Source: Candidatus Alistipes faecigallinarum
Lineage (GTDB): Bacteria; Bacteroidota; Bacteroidia; Bacteroidales; Rikenellaceae
Direction of reading: 5' to 3'
Assembly: GCA_019115605.1 (NCBI GenBank)
Contig: DXDG01000005.1
Location: forward strand, 2,198 to 66,197
DNA length: 64,000 bases
The position numbers and the translations under genes are program-made. Under the pieces are notes generated by a model. That model saw only the letters and a program-made list of their open reading frames with translations, did no database searches and was not told where the DNA came from. This document shows, piece after piece, positions 1-10,415 of the stretch (its first letter is position 1; every line of letters starts with the position of its first letter).

Positions 1-8
1 TATTTTAT

Positions 9-16
9 TACCTTTG
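9..16 (+). promoter_or_regulatory. Bacteroidota sigmaA -7 box (TACCTTTG) for znuAC
   Basis: Matches TAnnTTTG, 46 nt upstream of ATG 63. Confidence 0.65.
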
Positions 17-62
17 TATCCGGAACAGACCGTACCCAACCCCGAAAACCGGATTAAAAACG

Positions 63-953
63 ATGAAACATAGCATCATGGCACTCCTTGCCGCATTGTC
101 GCTCGCGGCATGCGCCCCGGAGCCCGAACCCGAGCGCGAAACCCTCTGCGTATCGATTCTCCCGCTGCGCAGCCTCGTCGGAGAGATCGTCGGCGATGAT
201 TTTCGGATCGACGTGCTCGTGCCGCCCGGGGCAAGTCCCGAGACGTTCGAGCCCACACCCCGACAGATCGTGGCCCTCGACAAGGCACGAATGATTTTCG
301 GAGTCGGGCTCCTCGATTTCGAAGTTTCGCTGCTCCAAAAGATCGAAAACCGGGAGAAGCTCGTCATTCTGAGCCGCGGTATCAAGCTGCTGGAGGGCAC
401 CTGCGCCCATGCCCGACACCACGACACGGTGGACGGCGGCCGGGCCGAGGAGGATGCTCACAACCACGCTCACGGAATCGACCCCCACATCTGGACCTCG
501 CCGAGAGAGCTACAGCGCATGGCCGCAAATGCCTACGAAGCGATTCACGCAGCATGGCCCGATTCGACGAAATATACGGAGAACTACCGCCGGCTGTCCA
601 GAGAGCTGCAGGAGCTCGACCGGCGTACCGCCGGGAAGATCGCACGAAGCGGCGTGAAGGCATTCATCATCTACCACCCGGCCCTCACCTACTACGCCCG
701 AGACTACGGCATCCGGCAGGAAGCCGTGGAAACCGACGGGAAGGAGCCCTCGGCAAAACGTCTGGCGGAGCTGATCCGCATAGCCCGCAGAGAGGGGATT
801 CGCCAGATCTTCTACCAGAAGCAGTTCCCGGCATCGGTCGTCGAGACGATCGCCCGCGACATGGACGCCCGGACCGTTGCCATCGATCCGCTGCGCGAGG
901 AGGTGATTGCCAACATCGACTCGATCACCGATTTAATTACCGACGTACGATGA
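63..953 (+). CDS. znuA: Zn/Mn ABC transporter substrate-binding lipoprotein
   Basis: Lipobox LAAC; PPGASPETFEP, His-rich loop, DPHIWTSP, YHPALTY motifs. Confidence 0.9.
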   Translation: MKHSIMALLAALSLAACAPEPEPERETLCVSILPLRSLVGEIVGDDFRIDVLVPPGASPETFEPTPRQIVALDKARMIFGVGLLDFEVSLLQKIENREKLVILSRGIKLLEGTCAHARHHDTVDGGRAEEDAHNHAHGIDPHIWTSPRELQRMAANAYEAIHAAWPDSTKYTENYRRLSRELQELDRRTAGKIARSGVKAFIIYHPALTYYARDYGIRQEAVETDGKEPSAKRLAELIRIARREGIRQIFYQKQFPASVVETIARDMDARTVAIDPLREEVIANIDSITDLITDVR

Positions 954-1720
954 ATCTGGTCCGCATGCATGACGTAAGCGTCGCCTATGACGGTTACGAG
1001 GCCCTCGAAAAGGTCGATCTGGAGATCGGCGCCGACGATTTTCTGGGCGTGATAGGCCCCAACGGCGGCGGCAAGACAACGCTCGTAAAGGCCATACTCG
1101 GAGCGGTGCCCTACACCGGAACGATCGAATACGCTCCGGAGCTGTTCCACAACGGGGAGCGGCTGATCGGCTACATGCCCCAGATCTCGGATTTCGACCG
1201 TGCATTCCCCATATCGCTGCTCGAAGTGGTTCTCTCGGGACTGCAGGGCAGGCGCGGATTCTGCTCCCGATATACGAAGGATGACCGACGGAAGGCGCTC
1301 CAACTGCTCGAAGAGGCCGGCATCGGCGATGCCGCACGCAAGCCCATCGGTGAAGTGTCGGGCGGGCAGATGCAGCGGGCGCTGCTCTGCCGGGCCGTCA
1401 TCGCCGACCCCCGGCTGCTGATCCTCGACGAACCGGCCAATTTCGTGGACAACCGTTTCGAACGGGAGCTCTACGAATCGCTGCGCAGATTGAACGAACG
1501 GATGGCCATCGTAATGGTCTCGCACGACATCGGAACGATCTCGAGTGTTGTGAAGGAGATCGTCTGCGTCAATCGCCGCGTACACCGGCACCACTCGAAC
1601 CGGCTTACCGAAGAGCAGCTCCGCAACTACGACTGCCCGATACAGCTGCTCACGCACGGAAGTCTGCCCCACACCGTGCTGGAACACCACCCCGGAGACG
1701 GCTGCAGCGACCACGAATAG
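950..1720 (+). CDS. znuC: Metal ABC transporter ATP-binding protein
   Basis: GPNGGGKTT, VSGGQMQR, LILDEP; ATGA overlap with znuA stop; His/Cys-rich tail. Confidence 0.9.
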   Translation: MNLVRMHDVSVAYDGYEALEKVDLEIGADDFLGVIGPNGGGKTTLVKAILGAVPYTGTIEYAPELFHNGERLIGYMPQISDFDRAFPISLLEVVLSGLQGRRGFCSRYTKDDRRKALQLLEEAGIGDAARKPIGEVSGGQMQRALLCRAVIADPRLLILDEPANFVDNRFERELYESLRRLNERMAIVMVSHDIGTISSVVKEIVCVNRRVHRHHSNRLTEEQLRNYDCPIQLLTHGSLPHTVLEHHPGDGCSDHE

Positions 1721-1835
1721 CGGCGGCGTGTGCACAGAACCCCGCACATAAGCCGCCGGCAGCACAATATCAACCATCGAAAATCCGTTATTGGGATGAA
1801 TGCGGATGCAGGACAGGCCGCGAGCCGCACCGGTT

Positions 1836-1851
1836 CGGCCGGATTCTTGCA
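1836..1851 (+). promoter_or_regulatory. Putative sigma54 -24/-12 promoter (CGGCCGGATTCTTGCA)
   Basis: GG-N10-GC spacing with TTGCA; no TAnnTTTG box in this intergenic region. Confidence 0.45.
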
Positions 1852-1884
1852 GCACGCATTCAAACCGATAAAAACGCAAAAAAG

Positions 1885-2490
1885 ATGATCCGATTCTTAT
1901 GGTTGATAGCCGCCCTGTGTCTCGGCATGAGCGCAGAGGCGCAAACGACGGTAAAACGACTCTATCCCAAGGAGGATAAAACCGAAAAAACACAAAAGCA
2001 GAAGAAAACCCGCGCAGAGCGCCAGGCTGAAAAGCTCGCTCAGGAACAACTCGACTCGGTCAATTACGTGCGGGCAGTCCAGGCCCTTGAGAACCTCGAC
2101 TTCGTACTCGAAGCCGACCGGCTGATCTTCAAGCGCGGGACGAGCGCCTTCGTATCCCCGATCACGAACTTCGTGTCGCTGCACAACGACGAGGCCACCG
2201 TGCAGGTCGCACCCTTCAACAGTATCAGCGGACCGAACGGTGTAGGAGGTGTTACGGTAGAGGGTACGGCCTCGAACATCCAGATCAAGACCAACAAGAA
2301 GGGAACCTCGATCTTTTCGATGAGCGTCATGGGCAAGGGGATCTCGGCAACGGTGGTCATTACTCTTCCCAAGGGTTCCAACAACGCATCGGTTACGGTC
2401 AATCCCAATTTCAACTCCAACCGGATTACGCTCAACGGCGTGATCATTCCCAGAAAGGAATCGAAGGTTTTCCAGGGTGTGGCATTCTGA
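1885..2490 (+). CDS. DUF4251 domain secreted protein
   Basis: Signal peptide; FVLEAD...TNFV...GPNGVGGVTVEG typical of the family. Confidence 0.8.
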   Translation: MIRFLWLIAALCLGMSAEAQTTVKRLYPKEDKTEKTQKQKKTRAERQAEKLAQEQLDSVNYVRAVQALENLDFVLEADRLIFKRGTSAFVSPITNFVSLHNDEATVQVAPFNSISGPNGVGGVTVEGTASNIQIKTNKKGTSIFSMSVMGKGISATVVITLPKGSNNASVTVNPNFNSNRITLNGVIIPRKESKVFQGVAF

Positions 2491-2514
2491 CCATACGGCC
2501 CAGCCGCAGAGATG

Positions 2515-2550
2515 AAAAAAGCCGTTGCATGCAATATGCAACGGCTTTTT
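2515..2550. terminator. Bidirectional intrinsic terminator
   Basis: A6-GCCGTTGCAT...ATGCAACGGC-T5 between convergent genes. Confidence 0.85.
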
Positions 2551-2592
2551 CCGTCTTGTGAGGTCCGCGTAGGACGGCAGGAGGGGGCTACC

Positions 2593-2883
2593 CTACTTCT
2601 TCTGCTCGTTGATGGCGCTCAACTTCTCGAAGAGTTTCTCGAAGGCATCGTCCATCTCGGCGCGCAGCGCGGCGTAGTGCTTGCGCACGAGCGAGCGGTT
2701 GTGCGGCTCGGCGGGGTTCATCGCCTTGGCGAACAGCGTATTGCGCAGAGCAACAGCCTCCTCCATTACGGCGAAGATCTCCTGCTCCTTCGAAGGCTGG
2801 AAGCAGATGGCCATATCGCAATCGAAAACGACCTCTTCGAGGCGGTAGTCGATCTCTTTCTTCAGAACTCGTAAATTTGCCAT
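2593..2883 (-). CDS. Conserved small Bacteroidota hypothetical protein (96 aa)
   Basis: Good codon usage, helical MANLRVLKKEID start, own TATCTTTG box at 2915-2922 (-). Confidence 0.8.
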   Translation of the reverse strand: MANLRVLKKEIDYRLEEVVFDCDMAICFQPSKEQEIFAVMEEAVALRNTLFAKAMNPAEPHNRSLVRKHYAALRAEMDDAFEKLFEKLSAINEQKK

Positions 2884-3070
2884 ATTAAATAAGGTATTAA
2901 ATTCTTTCGAAGAACAAAGATACGAATTCCTTTCGGATTACCAAATTTCCCCGGAGGAATTGCCCGGCAAAACGGGATCGGAAACGGGGACGAAAGGCCC
3001 CGCATGCAAAAAAATGGGCCGTTTGCCGTTATTTTCGGAGCAAAAGAGGCGGTTTATGAAATTTTTTTAT

Positions 3071-3078
3071 TATCTTTG
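3071..3078 (+). promoter_or_regulatory. sigmaA -7 box of the his operon
   Basis: TATCTTTG ending 6 nt before the leader ATG. Confidence 0.75.
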
Positions 3079-3084
3079 TTCCCG

Positions 3085-3165
3085 ATGATAACCTGCAACC
3101 ATATCCATCGCCATCATCATCTCTTCGTCATCGGGGCAAAGGGACAGGCGATGCTGTACTGGTAG
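3085..3165 (+). CDS. hisL: his operon leader peptide MITCNHIHRHHHLFVIGAKGQAMLYW
   Basis: 26-aa ORF with 5 His (all CAT) within codons 6-12, directly upstream of a terminator and hisG. Confidence 0.85.
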   Translation: MITCNHIHRHHHLFVIGAKGQAMLYW

Positions 3166-3198
3166 ATCGGAAACAAACAACACGGAATACAAATACAG

Positions 3199-3232
3199 GA
3201 GCTCACCCTTTCGCGGGATGAGCTCTTTTTTT
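3199..3232 (+). terminator. his attenuator terminator
   Basis: GAGCTCACCC-TTTCGC-GGGATGAGCTC followed by T7. Confidence 0.85.
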
Positions 3233-3272
3233 GTTCATGCACCGCGGGAGGCGCTTCGAAAAACAAGATGTC

Positions 3273-4124
3273 ATGCTGAAAATTGCCATTCAGGCCAAAG
3301 GCCGGCTCAATGAACAGAGCCTCGAACTGCTCGCCGAGGCGGGTATCCGCGTAGCGGAGAGCAAACGAAAACTTTTGTCGCGCGCCGAAGGCTTCCCGCT
3401 CGAAGTGCTCTACCTGCGCGACGACGACATCCCGCAGGCCGTCTCGATGGGTGTGGCCGACCTGGGCATCGTCGGGCTGAACGAGGTGGCCGAAAAGGGA
3501 TTTGAGGTCGAGCAGCTCATGGACCTCGGATTCGGCGGCTGCCGCCTCTCGCTCGCCGTGCCCCAGACCGTCGCCTACGAGGGTCCGGAGTTCTTCCGCG
3601 GAAAACGCGTGGCGACCTCCTACCCTACGATCCTCGCCCGCTACTTCGCCGAAAAGGAGATCAGGGCCGAGATCCACACCATCGAGGGATCAGTCGAAAT
3701 CGCCCCCGCCGTGGGGATGGCCGACGCCATCTTCGACATCGTATCCTCGGGCGGCACGCTCATCTCGAACGGGCTGAAGGAGGTCGAGAAGGTCTTCTTT
3801 TCGGAGGCCGTGCTCGTCGCCACACCGGGGCTTGACCGGGAAAAACGCCTCGAAATCGAGCAGCTCACCTTCCGTTTCCACTCGATACTCGACAGCCGCA
3901 ACATGAAATACGTGCTGATGAACCTGCCGAAGGAACGCCTCAACGAGGCCGTACGCATTCTGCCCGGCATGCGGAGCCCGACCGTACTGCCGCTCGCCCA
4001 GGAGGGTTGGTGCTCGATACACGCCGTAATCGACCAGACGCAGCTCTGGGAGCGCATCGAACGCCTCAAGGAGATCGGGGCCGAAGGCATCCTGATCCTC
4101 TCGCTCGAAAACATGATCCGATAA
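3273..4124 (+). CDS. hisG: ATP phosphoribosyltransferase (long form)
   Basis: MLKIAIQAKGRL, RDDDIP, ATSYP, GSVEIAP, C-terminal LPGMRSPT domain. Confidence 0.97.
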   Translation: MLKIAIQAKGRLNEQSLELLAEAGIRVAESKRKLLSRAEGFPLEVLYLRDDDIPQAVSMGVADLGIVGLNEVAEKGFEVEQLMDLGFGGCRLSLAVPQTVAYEGPEFFRGKRVATSYPTILARYFAEKEIRAEIHTIEGSVEIAPAVGMADAIFDIVSSGGTLISNGLKEVEKVFFSEAVLVATPGLDREKRLEIEQLTFRFHSILDSRNMKYVLMNLPKERLNEAVRILPGMRSPTVLPLAQEGWCSIHAVIDQTQLWERIERLKEIGAEGILILSLENMIR

Positions 4125-4141
4125 CGAAAAACAGTGAAGAG

Positions 4142-5449
4142 ATGCAAGATACACAAGACATGCTGACGCTTTATGACAATCCCGCGCGGGCGGAGTGGGC
4201 GGCACTCACCGAACGTTGCGTGCGGCAGGAGGCGAAGATCACCGGGCAGGTGGAGACCATCCTCGCCCGCATCCGCCAGGGTGGAGACCGCGCATTGCGC
4301 GAAATCACCCGCGAGATCGAGGGGCGCGACGCCGCCGCGTTCGAAGTTTCGGAGGAGGCGTGCCGCAAGGCCGCCGGGAAGGTATCCGAACCGTTGAAGG
4401 AGGCCATAGAGACGGCCCGGAAGAACATCGAGGCGTTTCACCGGACGCAGCTCCCGCAGGAGGTCTCGGTCGAGACGATGCCCGGCGTACGGTGCGTACA
4501 GCGGGCCGTGCCGATCCGCAGCGTGGGGCTCTACGTCCCGGGCGGGAAGGCCCCGTTGTTCTCCACGGTGCTGATGCTTGCGCTGCCGGCCCGCGTGGCC
4601 GGGTGCCGCGAGGTGGTGCTCTGCACCCCGGCGGGCCGCGACGGCGAGATCGCCCCGGAGATTCTCTACACCGCAACGGTATGCGGCGTGAAGCGCATCT
4701 TCGCCCTGGGAGGCGCCCAGGCCATAGGCGCCATGGCCTACGGCACGGAGAGCGTTCCGAAGGTGGACAAGATCTTCGGGCCCGGAAACCGATATGTTAC
4801 GCGCGCCAAGCAGCTGGTCGGCGCCGGCGACGTGGCCATAGACCTTCCGGCAGGGCCTTCGGAGGTGCTGGTCCTCGCCGACGACGAGGCGTCGCCGGAG
4901 TTCGCGGCGGCCGACCTGCTCTCGCAGGCCGAGCACGGCGGGGACAGCCAGTCGATCCTTGCCTGCGCCTCGGTGGATTTTGCGTGCCGGGTGCGGCAGG
5001 CCGTCGAGGAGCAGCTGCAGCGGCTGGAGCGGGCGGAGATCATCCGCGAAGCGCTCCGCACGAGCCGGATCATCGTACTCGCCGACCGCGGGGAGCGCAT
5101 CGCCTTTGCCGAGGCATACGCCCCGGAGCACCTGATCGTGGCGATGCGCGATGCATGGGAGGCGGCCGTGCAGGTTCCGACCGCAGGGAGCGTATTTGTC
5201 GGGGCCTGGTCGCCCGAGAGCGCCGGAGACTACGCCTCGGGGACGAACCACACGCTGCCGACGGGCGGATGGGGCCGCGCCTGCAGCGGCGTGAACACCG
5301 ATGCCTTCCTGCGCAAGATCACCTATCAGGAGCTTACGCGCGAAGGGCTGGCGGGGCTCGCCCCGACGATTGTCCGCATGGCCGAGGCCGAGGGGCTCGG
5401 AGCACACGCCGCAGCGGTCCGCGTCCGCATGAAAGGAGGTGCCGTATGA
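4142..5449 (+). CDS. hisD: Histidinol dehydrogenase
   Basis: GLYVPGG, GPGNRYV, PAGPSE, SQAEH, GDYASGTNHTLPT; start could be 4160. Confidence 0.97.
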   Translation: MQDTQDMLTLYDNPARAEWAALTERCVRQEAKITGQVETILARIRQGGDRALREITREIEGRDAAAFEVSEEACRKAAGKVSEPLKEAIETARKNIEAFHRTQLPQEVSVETMPGVRCVQRAVPIRSVGLYVPGGKAPLFSTVLMLALPARVAGCREVVLCTPAGRDGEIAPEILYTATVCGVKRIFALGGAQAIGAMAYGTESVPKVDKIFGPGNRYVTRAKQLVGAGDVAIDLPAGPSEVLVLADDEASPEFAAADLLSQAEHGGDSQSILACASVDFACRVRQAVEEQLQRLERAEIIREALRTSRIIVLADRGERIAFAEAYAPEHLIVAMRDAWEAAVQVPTAGSVFVGAWSPESAGDYASGTNHTLPTGGWGRACSGVNTDAFLRKITYQELTREGLAGLAPTIVRMAEAEGLGAHAAAVRVRMKGGAV

Positions 5450-6480
5450 AGCCGCTCGAAGAGCTCGTACGTCCCTGCATCCGGGCGCTGAAGCCCTACT
5501 CCACGGCCCGGGACGAGTATGCCGGAGGAGAGATCTCGGTCTGGCTTGATGCCAACGAAAGCCCCTTTGACAACGGGATCAACCGCTATCCCGATCCGCA
5601 CCAGCGGCAGCTCAAGCGGCAGGTGGCCGCGATGAAGGGCGTACGCGAGGAGCAGGTGTTTCTCGGGAACGGCAGCGACGAGGCGATCGACCTCGCCTAC
5701 CGCATCTTCTGCACGCCGGGGCGGGACAACGCCGTGGCGATCTCCCCCACTTACGGCATGTACCGCGTGGCGGCCGACATGAACGACATCGAGCTGCGCG
5801 AAGTGCCGCTCGGCAGGGATTTCTCGCTGCCCGTGGAAGCGCTGCTCGGGGCGGCGGACAGCCGCACGAAACTCCTGTGGCTCTGCTCGCCGAACAACCC
5901 CACGGGAAACGCCTTTCCCGCGGCGGAGATCGAGCGGCTCCTGCGTCGTTTCGAGGGGATGGTGATCCTCGACGAGGCCTACATCGACTTTGCCGACGGG
6001 GAGGGCTTTCTCCCGCGGCTCGGGGAGTTTCCGAACCTCGTCATCCTCCAGACCGCCTCGAAGGCCTGGGGCATGGCGGGATTGCGGCTCGGGATGGCCT
6101 TTGCCGCGGAGCCCGTGGCGGAGCTTTTCGGCCGCGTCAAGTATCCCTACAACCTCAACGTGCTGACGCAGCAAACAGCCGCCCGGCAGCTGAAAGCCGG
6201 GATCGGGTCGCGCGTGGAGCTGATCCGCCGCGAGCGCGGACGCGTGGCGGAGGCATTGGCCGCAGCGGCGTGCATCGAGCGGGTTTACCCCTCGCAGGCC
6301 AACTTCCTGCTGGTCCGCACGGCGGATGCCGACCGGCTGTACGAAGCGCTGATCCGCGCCGGAGTCATCGTCCGCAACCGTTCGCGCGTGGCCGGATGCG
6401 AGGGATGCCTGCGCATCACGATCGGGACGTCCGAAGAGAACGACCGCATGTTGAATACCGTAAACGACTTTCGCTTATGA
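5446..6480 (+). CDS. hisC: Histidinol-phosphate aminotransferase
   Basis: [42 protein letters not shown]; ATGA overlap. Confidence 0.97.
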   Translation: MKPLEELVRPCIRALKPYSTARDEYAGGEISVWLDANESPFDNGINRYPDPHQRQLKRQVAAMKGVREEQVFLGNGSDEAIDLAYRIFCTPGRDNAVAISPTYGMYRVAADMNDIELREVPLGRDFSLPVEALLGAADSRTKLLWLCSPNNPTGNAFPAAEIERLLRRFEGMVILDEAYIDFADGEGFLPRLGEFPNLVILQTASKAWGMAGLRLGMAFAAEPVAELFGRVKYPYNLNVLTQQTAARQLKAGIGSRVELIRRERGRVAEALAAAACIERVYPSQANFLLVRTADADRLYEALIRAGVIVRNRSRVAGCEGCLRITIGTSEENDRMLNTVNDFRL

Positions 6481-7607
6481 AAAAAGCACTCTTCATAGAC
6501 CGCGACGGCACGATCCTCGCGGAACCGGCCGACGAGCAGATCGACAGCCTCGAAAAGATGGAGTTCGTGCCCGGTGCCATCTCAGCGCTGAAGCTCCTCG
6601 CCGGACTGGATTACGAACTCGTGCTGGCCACGAATCAGGACGGGCTCGGCACCGAAGCTTTCCCCGAGGAGCAGTTTCTCCCGCCCCACGAAAAGATGCT
6701 TGCGACGCTGCGCGGCGAGGGGGTCGTATTCGACGACCAGCTCATCGACCGCACGTTCGAGCGGGACGGAGCCCCGACACGCAAGCCGCGGACCGGGATG
6801 TTCACCCGCTACATGGACTCTTCGTACGACCTGGCGGCAAGTTTTGTCATCGGCGACCGGATAACGGACATCGAACTGGCGCGGAACCTCGGGGCGCGGG
6901 GCATCCTGCTGGCGCCGGATGCGGCGGAGGGGCTGCGCCGCGTGCGCGAGGCCGGTCTCATGGAGGCGTGTGCGCTTGTGGCAGCCGGATGGGAGGAGAT
7001 TGCCGAATATCTGCGGCGCGGAGAGCGGCGCGTCGAGGTGCGGCGCGAGACGCGCGAGACGCAGATCGTCGTACGGCTCGATCTGGACGGGCGCGGCGAT
7101 TTCAACGGGCAGATCTCGACCGGGCTGCGCTTTCTGGACCACATGCTGCAGCAGATCGCCCACCACGGAGGCGTGGCCCTCGCGGTGGAGGCCCACGGCG
7201 ACCTCGACATTGACGAGCACCACACCGTGGAGGATGTGGCCATCACGCTGGGCGAGGCGATCGACCGGGCGCTGGGCTCCAAGGCCGGCATCGCCCGCTA
7301 CGGATTCGCCCTGCCGATGGACGACTGCCGGGCGCTGGTGCTCCTCGACTTCGGCGGGCGCATCGACTTCGAGTGGGAGGCCGAATTCCGGCGCGAGCGG
7401 ATCGGGGACGTTCCCACCGAGCTGTTCCGCCACTTCTTCCACGCGCTCTGCTCGGCGGCGCGCTGCAACCTCCAGATCGCGGCCCGCGGTGAAAACGAGC
7501 ACCACAAGGCCGAGGCGATCTTCAAGGCCTTCGCACGCGCCCTGCGCATGGCCGTGGCCCGGCAAGGTTTCGGATACGACATACCCAGCAGCAAAGGCGT
7601 CCTATGA
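6477..7607 (+). CDS. hisB: Bifunctional histidinol-phosphatase / IGP dehydratase
   Basis: HAD motif DRDGT, TNQDG; [22 protein letters not shown]. Confidence 0.97.
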   Translation: MKKALFIDRDGTILAEPADEQIDSLEKMEFVPGAISALKLLAGLDYELVLATNQDGLGTEAFPEEQFLPPHEKMLATLRGEGVVFDDQLIDRTFERDGAPTRKPRTGMFTRYMDSSYDLAASFVIGDRITDIELARNLGARGILLAPDAAEGLRRVREAGLMEACALVAAGWEEIAEYLRRGERRVEVRRETRETQIVVRLDLDGRGDFNGQISTGLRFLDHMLQQIAHHGGVALAVEAHGDLDIDEHHTVEDVAITLGEAIDRALGSKAGIARYGFALPMDDCRALVLLDFGGRIDFEWEAEFRRERIGDVPTELFRHFFHALCSAARCNLQIAARGENEHHKAEAIFKAFARALRMAVARQGFGYDIPSSKGVL

Positions 7608-8206
7608 TAGCGGTAGTGGATTACGATACGGGCAACCTGCGCTCGGTGGCCGATGCCCTGCGCAGGATCGGGGCCGGGTTCACGCTGACGGCCGACCCGG
7701 CGCAGCTGCTGCAGGCCGAGCGGGTGATTCTGCCCGGGGTCGGCGAGGCGGCGAGCGCCATGGCCCGGCTCCGCGAGCGGGGACTCGACGAGGTGATACC
7801 CCGGTTGAAGGCTCCCGTGCTGGGAATCTGCATCGGGATGCAGCTGCTCTGCCGATGGAGCGAGGAGGGCGACACGGCCTGTCTCGGCATCTTTTCAGCA
7901 CGCGTCGGGCGGATTCCGGCAACGACACGGGAGGGAGAGCGGCTGAAGGTCCCGCATGTCGGATGGGACACGATCGAAGGGCTCCGCACGCCGCTCTTCG
8001 ACGGGATCGACGAGGGGGCGTTTGTCTACTACGTCCATTCGTATGCCGCCGAGCTTTGCGCAGCGACCGTGGCGACGACCGGTTACGGCATGGCATTCAG
8101 CGCCGCACTGGCCCGCGACAACTTCTTCGGCGTGCAGTTCCATCCCGAGAAGAGCGGGCGGACGGGGGCGCGGATCCTCGAGAATTTCCTCAACATGAAA
8201 GATTAA
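7604..8206 (+). CDS. hisH: IGP synthase glutaminase subunit
   Basis: [28 protein letters not shown]. Confidence 0.97.
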   Translation: MIAVVDYDTGNLRSVADALRRIGAGFTLTADPAQLLQAERVILPGVGEAASAMARLRERGLDEVIPRLKAPVLGICIGMQLLCRWSEEGDTACLGIFSARVGRIPATTREGERLKVPHVGWDTIEGLRTPLFDGIDEGAFVYYVHSYAAELCAATVATTGYGMAFSAALARDNFFGVQFHPEKSGRTGARILENFLNMKD

Positions 8207-8221
8207 AAAGCAGAAAACGAC

Positions 8222-8950
8222 ATGATCGAAATCATACCTGCCACGGACATCATCGACGGGCGCTGCGTCCGTCTGACACAGGGCGACTACGCCCGGAAGA
8301 AAACCTACTGCGACGATCCGCTCGAAGCGGCGCTGCGGTTCGAGGAGGCCGGCATCCGACGGCTCCACATGGTCGATCTGGACGGGGCGAAGGCTGCGGA
8401 GCCCCGGAACCTCCGCACACTGGAGCGCATTGCCACGCGGACCTCGCTCGAGGTGCAGTATGGCGGCGGCATCAAGAGCCGCGAGGCGCTGGAGACGGTC
8501 TTCAACGCCGGGGCAAGCCGCGCCATCTGCGGAAGCATCGCCGTGCGGCAGCCGGAGCTGCTCGCGGCATGGATCGCGGAATTCGGAGCCGGAAGGATCA
8601 TTCTCGGGGCCGACATCCGCGAGGGCAAGGTGGCCATTCAGGGCTGGACCGAGACGGCCGGGATAACGGCCGAAGAGCTCATCGGACGCTTTCGCAGCGA
8701 CGGCCTCACGCAGGCGATCTGCACGGACATCGCGCGCGACGGCATGCTGTGCGGCGTCTCAACGGCATTTTACGCCGGGCTGCAACGGCAGTTTCCGGAG
8801 GTGGAGATCACCGTAAGCGGCGGCATCGGCACGATGGCGGAGATCGAGGCTCTGCGCAGCGAGGGCCTGCGCAGCGTCATTGTCGGAAAGGCCCTCTACG
8901 AAGGCCGTATCACCCTCAAAGAGATCGAACGATGCTTGCAAAACGGATAA
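8222..8950 (+). CDS. hisA: ProFAR isomerase
   Basis: [40 protein letters not shown]. Confidence 0.96.
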   Translation: MIEIIPATDIIDGRCVRLTQGDYARKKTYCDDPLEAALRFEEAGIRRLHMVDLDGAKAAEPRNLRTLERIATRTSLEVQYGGGIKSREALETVFNAGASRAICGSIAVRQPELLAAWIAEFGAGRIILGADIREGKVAIQGWTETAGITAEELIGRFRSDGLTQAICTDIARDGMLCGVSTAFYAGLQRQFPEVEITVSGGIGTMAEIEALRSEGLRSVIVGKALYEGRITLKEIERCLQNG

Positions 8951-9684
8951 TACCCTGTCTGGACATCCGCGACGGCGCGACGGTAAAGGGCATTCACTTC
9001 GAGCAGCTGCGGCAGGTCGGCGATCCCGTGGCGTTGGGTGCGAAATACGCCGCCGAAGGGGCCGACGAACTGGTCTATCTCGACATCAGTGCCACGGGGG
9101 AGGGGCGTCAGACCTTCACGGAACTCGTGTCGCGCATCGCCGCGCGGATCGACATTCCCTTCACCGTGGGCGGCGGCATCCGCTCGGTGGAGGATGCCGC
9201 ACGGCTGCTCGACGCCGGGGCCGACAAGATCTCGCTCAACAGCGCCGCCGTGGCCGACCCCTCGCTGATCGACGCCATAGCCGCCCGCTACGGCTCGCAG
9301 TTCGTCGTCGCGGCGATCGACGCCCGGCAGATCGACGGCCGCTGGCAGGTTACGACACACGGCGGAAAGCGCGCCACCGAACGCGAGTTCTTCACCTGGG
9401 CCCGGGAGGCCGTAGATCGCGGCGCCGGGGAGATTCTCTTCACCTCGATGGACCACGACGGCACGAAGAACGGCTATCCGTGCGAGACCTTTGCGCGGCT
9501 GGCCGAGCTGCCCGTGCCGGTCATCGCCTCGGGAGGCGCCGGGAGTGTCGCACACATCGCCGACGTGCTGACCCGGGGGCGGGCCGATGCCGCGCTGGCG
9601 GCCAGCATCTTCCACTACGGCGAGATTCCGATACCGCGGCTCAAGCGGGAGCTCCGGGAGCGCGGGATCGCCGTACGACTGTAA
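8932..9684 (+). CDS. hisF: IGP synthase cyclase subunit
   Basis: [42 protein letters not shown]. Confidence 0.97.
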   Translation: MLAKRIIPCLDIRDGATVKGIHFEQLRQVGDPVALGAKYAAEGADELVYLDISATGEGRQTFTELVSRIAARIDIPFTVGGGIRSVEDAARLLDAGADKISLNSAAVADPSLIDAIAARYGSQFVVAAIDARQIDGRWQVTTHGGKRATEREFFTWAREAVDRGAGEILFTSMDHDGTKNGYPCETFARLAELPVPVIASGGAGSVAHIADVLTRGRADAALAASIFHYGEIPIPRLKRELRERGIAVRL

Positions 9685-9715
9685 AGCAAAACAGACAAAA
9701 AACACGAAATACACC

Positions 9716-10336
9716 ATGAAAATCGAAGCAAAACCCTTTTCGGAGCTCAACATCGAAAAGCTCCCCGACGGGCTCGTTCCCGCCATCATCCAAGACGACC
9801 GGACCCTCAAGGTGCTCATGCTGGGGTACATGAACCGCGAAGCCTACGAAAAGAGCCTCGCCGAGGGACGCGTAACCTTCTACAGCCGCACGCGCCACAC
9901 GCTCTGGACCAAGGGCGAGACGAGCGGCAACCGGCTCGACATCGTCTCCGTAGCCACGGACTGCGACAACGACACACTGCTCGTGAGGGTCATCCCCCAC
10001 GGCCCGACCTGCCACACGGGATCGACGAGCTGTTTCGGAGAGGCCTCGCCCGAAAACGAGGGTTTCATCCGCTACCTGCAGAGCGTCATCCGCGGCCGGC
10101 ACCGCGACATGCCCGAAGGATCGTACACCTCGAAGCTCTTTACGCGCGGCGTGAACAAGATTGCGCAGAAGGTCGGCGAAGAGGCCGTCGAAACCGTGAT
10201 CGAAGCCGTGGCGCAGAACCGCGAGGCGATGATCTACGAGGCATCGGACCTGGTCTACCACCTGCTCGTGCTGCTCGAAGCCACGGGATGCTCGATCGCC
10301 GATCTCGAACGGGAGCTGGCGCGCAGGCATGCCTGA
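9716..10336 (+). CDS. hisIE: Bifunctional PR-AMP cyclohydrolase / PR-ATP pyrophosphatase
   Basis: LWTKGETSG, DCDNDTLL, CHTG, QKVGEEAVE. Confidence 0.96.
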   Translation: MKIEAKPFSELNIEKLPDGLVPAIIQDDRTLKVLMLGYMNREAYEKSLAEGRVTFYSRTRHTLWTKGETSGNRLDIVSVATDCDNDTLLVRVIPHGPTCHTGSTSCFGEASPENEGFIRYLQSVIRGRHRDMPEGSYTSKLFTRGVNKIAQKVGEEAVETVIEAVAQNREAMIYEASDLVYHLLVLLEATGCSIADLERELARRHA

Positions 10337-10358
10337 ATGACGGGCCCCTCGGGATACG

Positions 10359-10395
10359 AAACGCCCCGGCCGTAAACAAACGGTCGGGGCGTTTT
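10359..10395. terminator. Bidirectional terminator between hisIE and argS
   Basis: AAACGCCCCGGCCG...CGGTCGGGGCGTTTT. Confidence 0.8.
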
Positions 10396-10415
10396 GCGTA
10401 AACGCAGCCGTGAGG

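Noticed and set aside
4195-9684. Apparent giant ORFs 4195-6480, 5877-7607 and 6919-9684 suggesting fusions or frameshifts
   Set aside because: Stop-poor alternate frames in GC-rich DNA; hisC, hisB and hisF each have their own overlapping ATG
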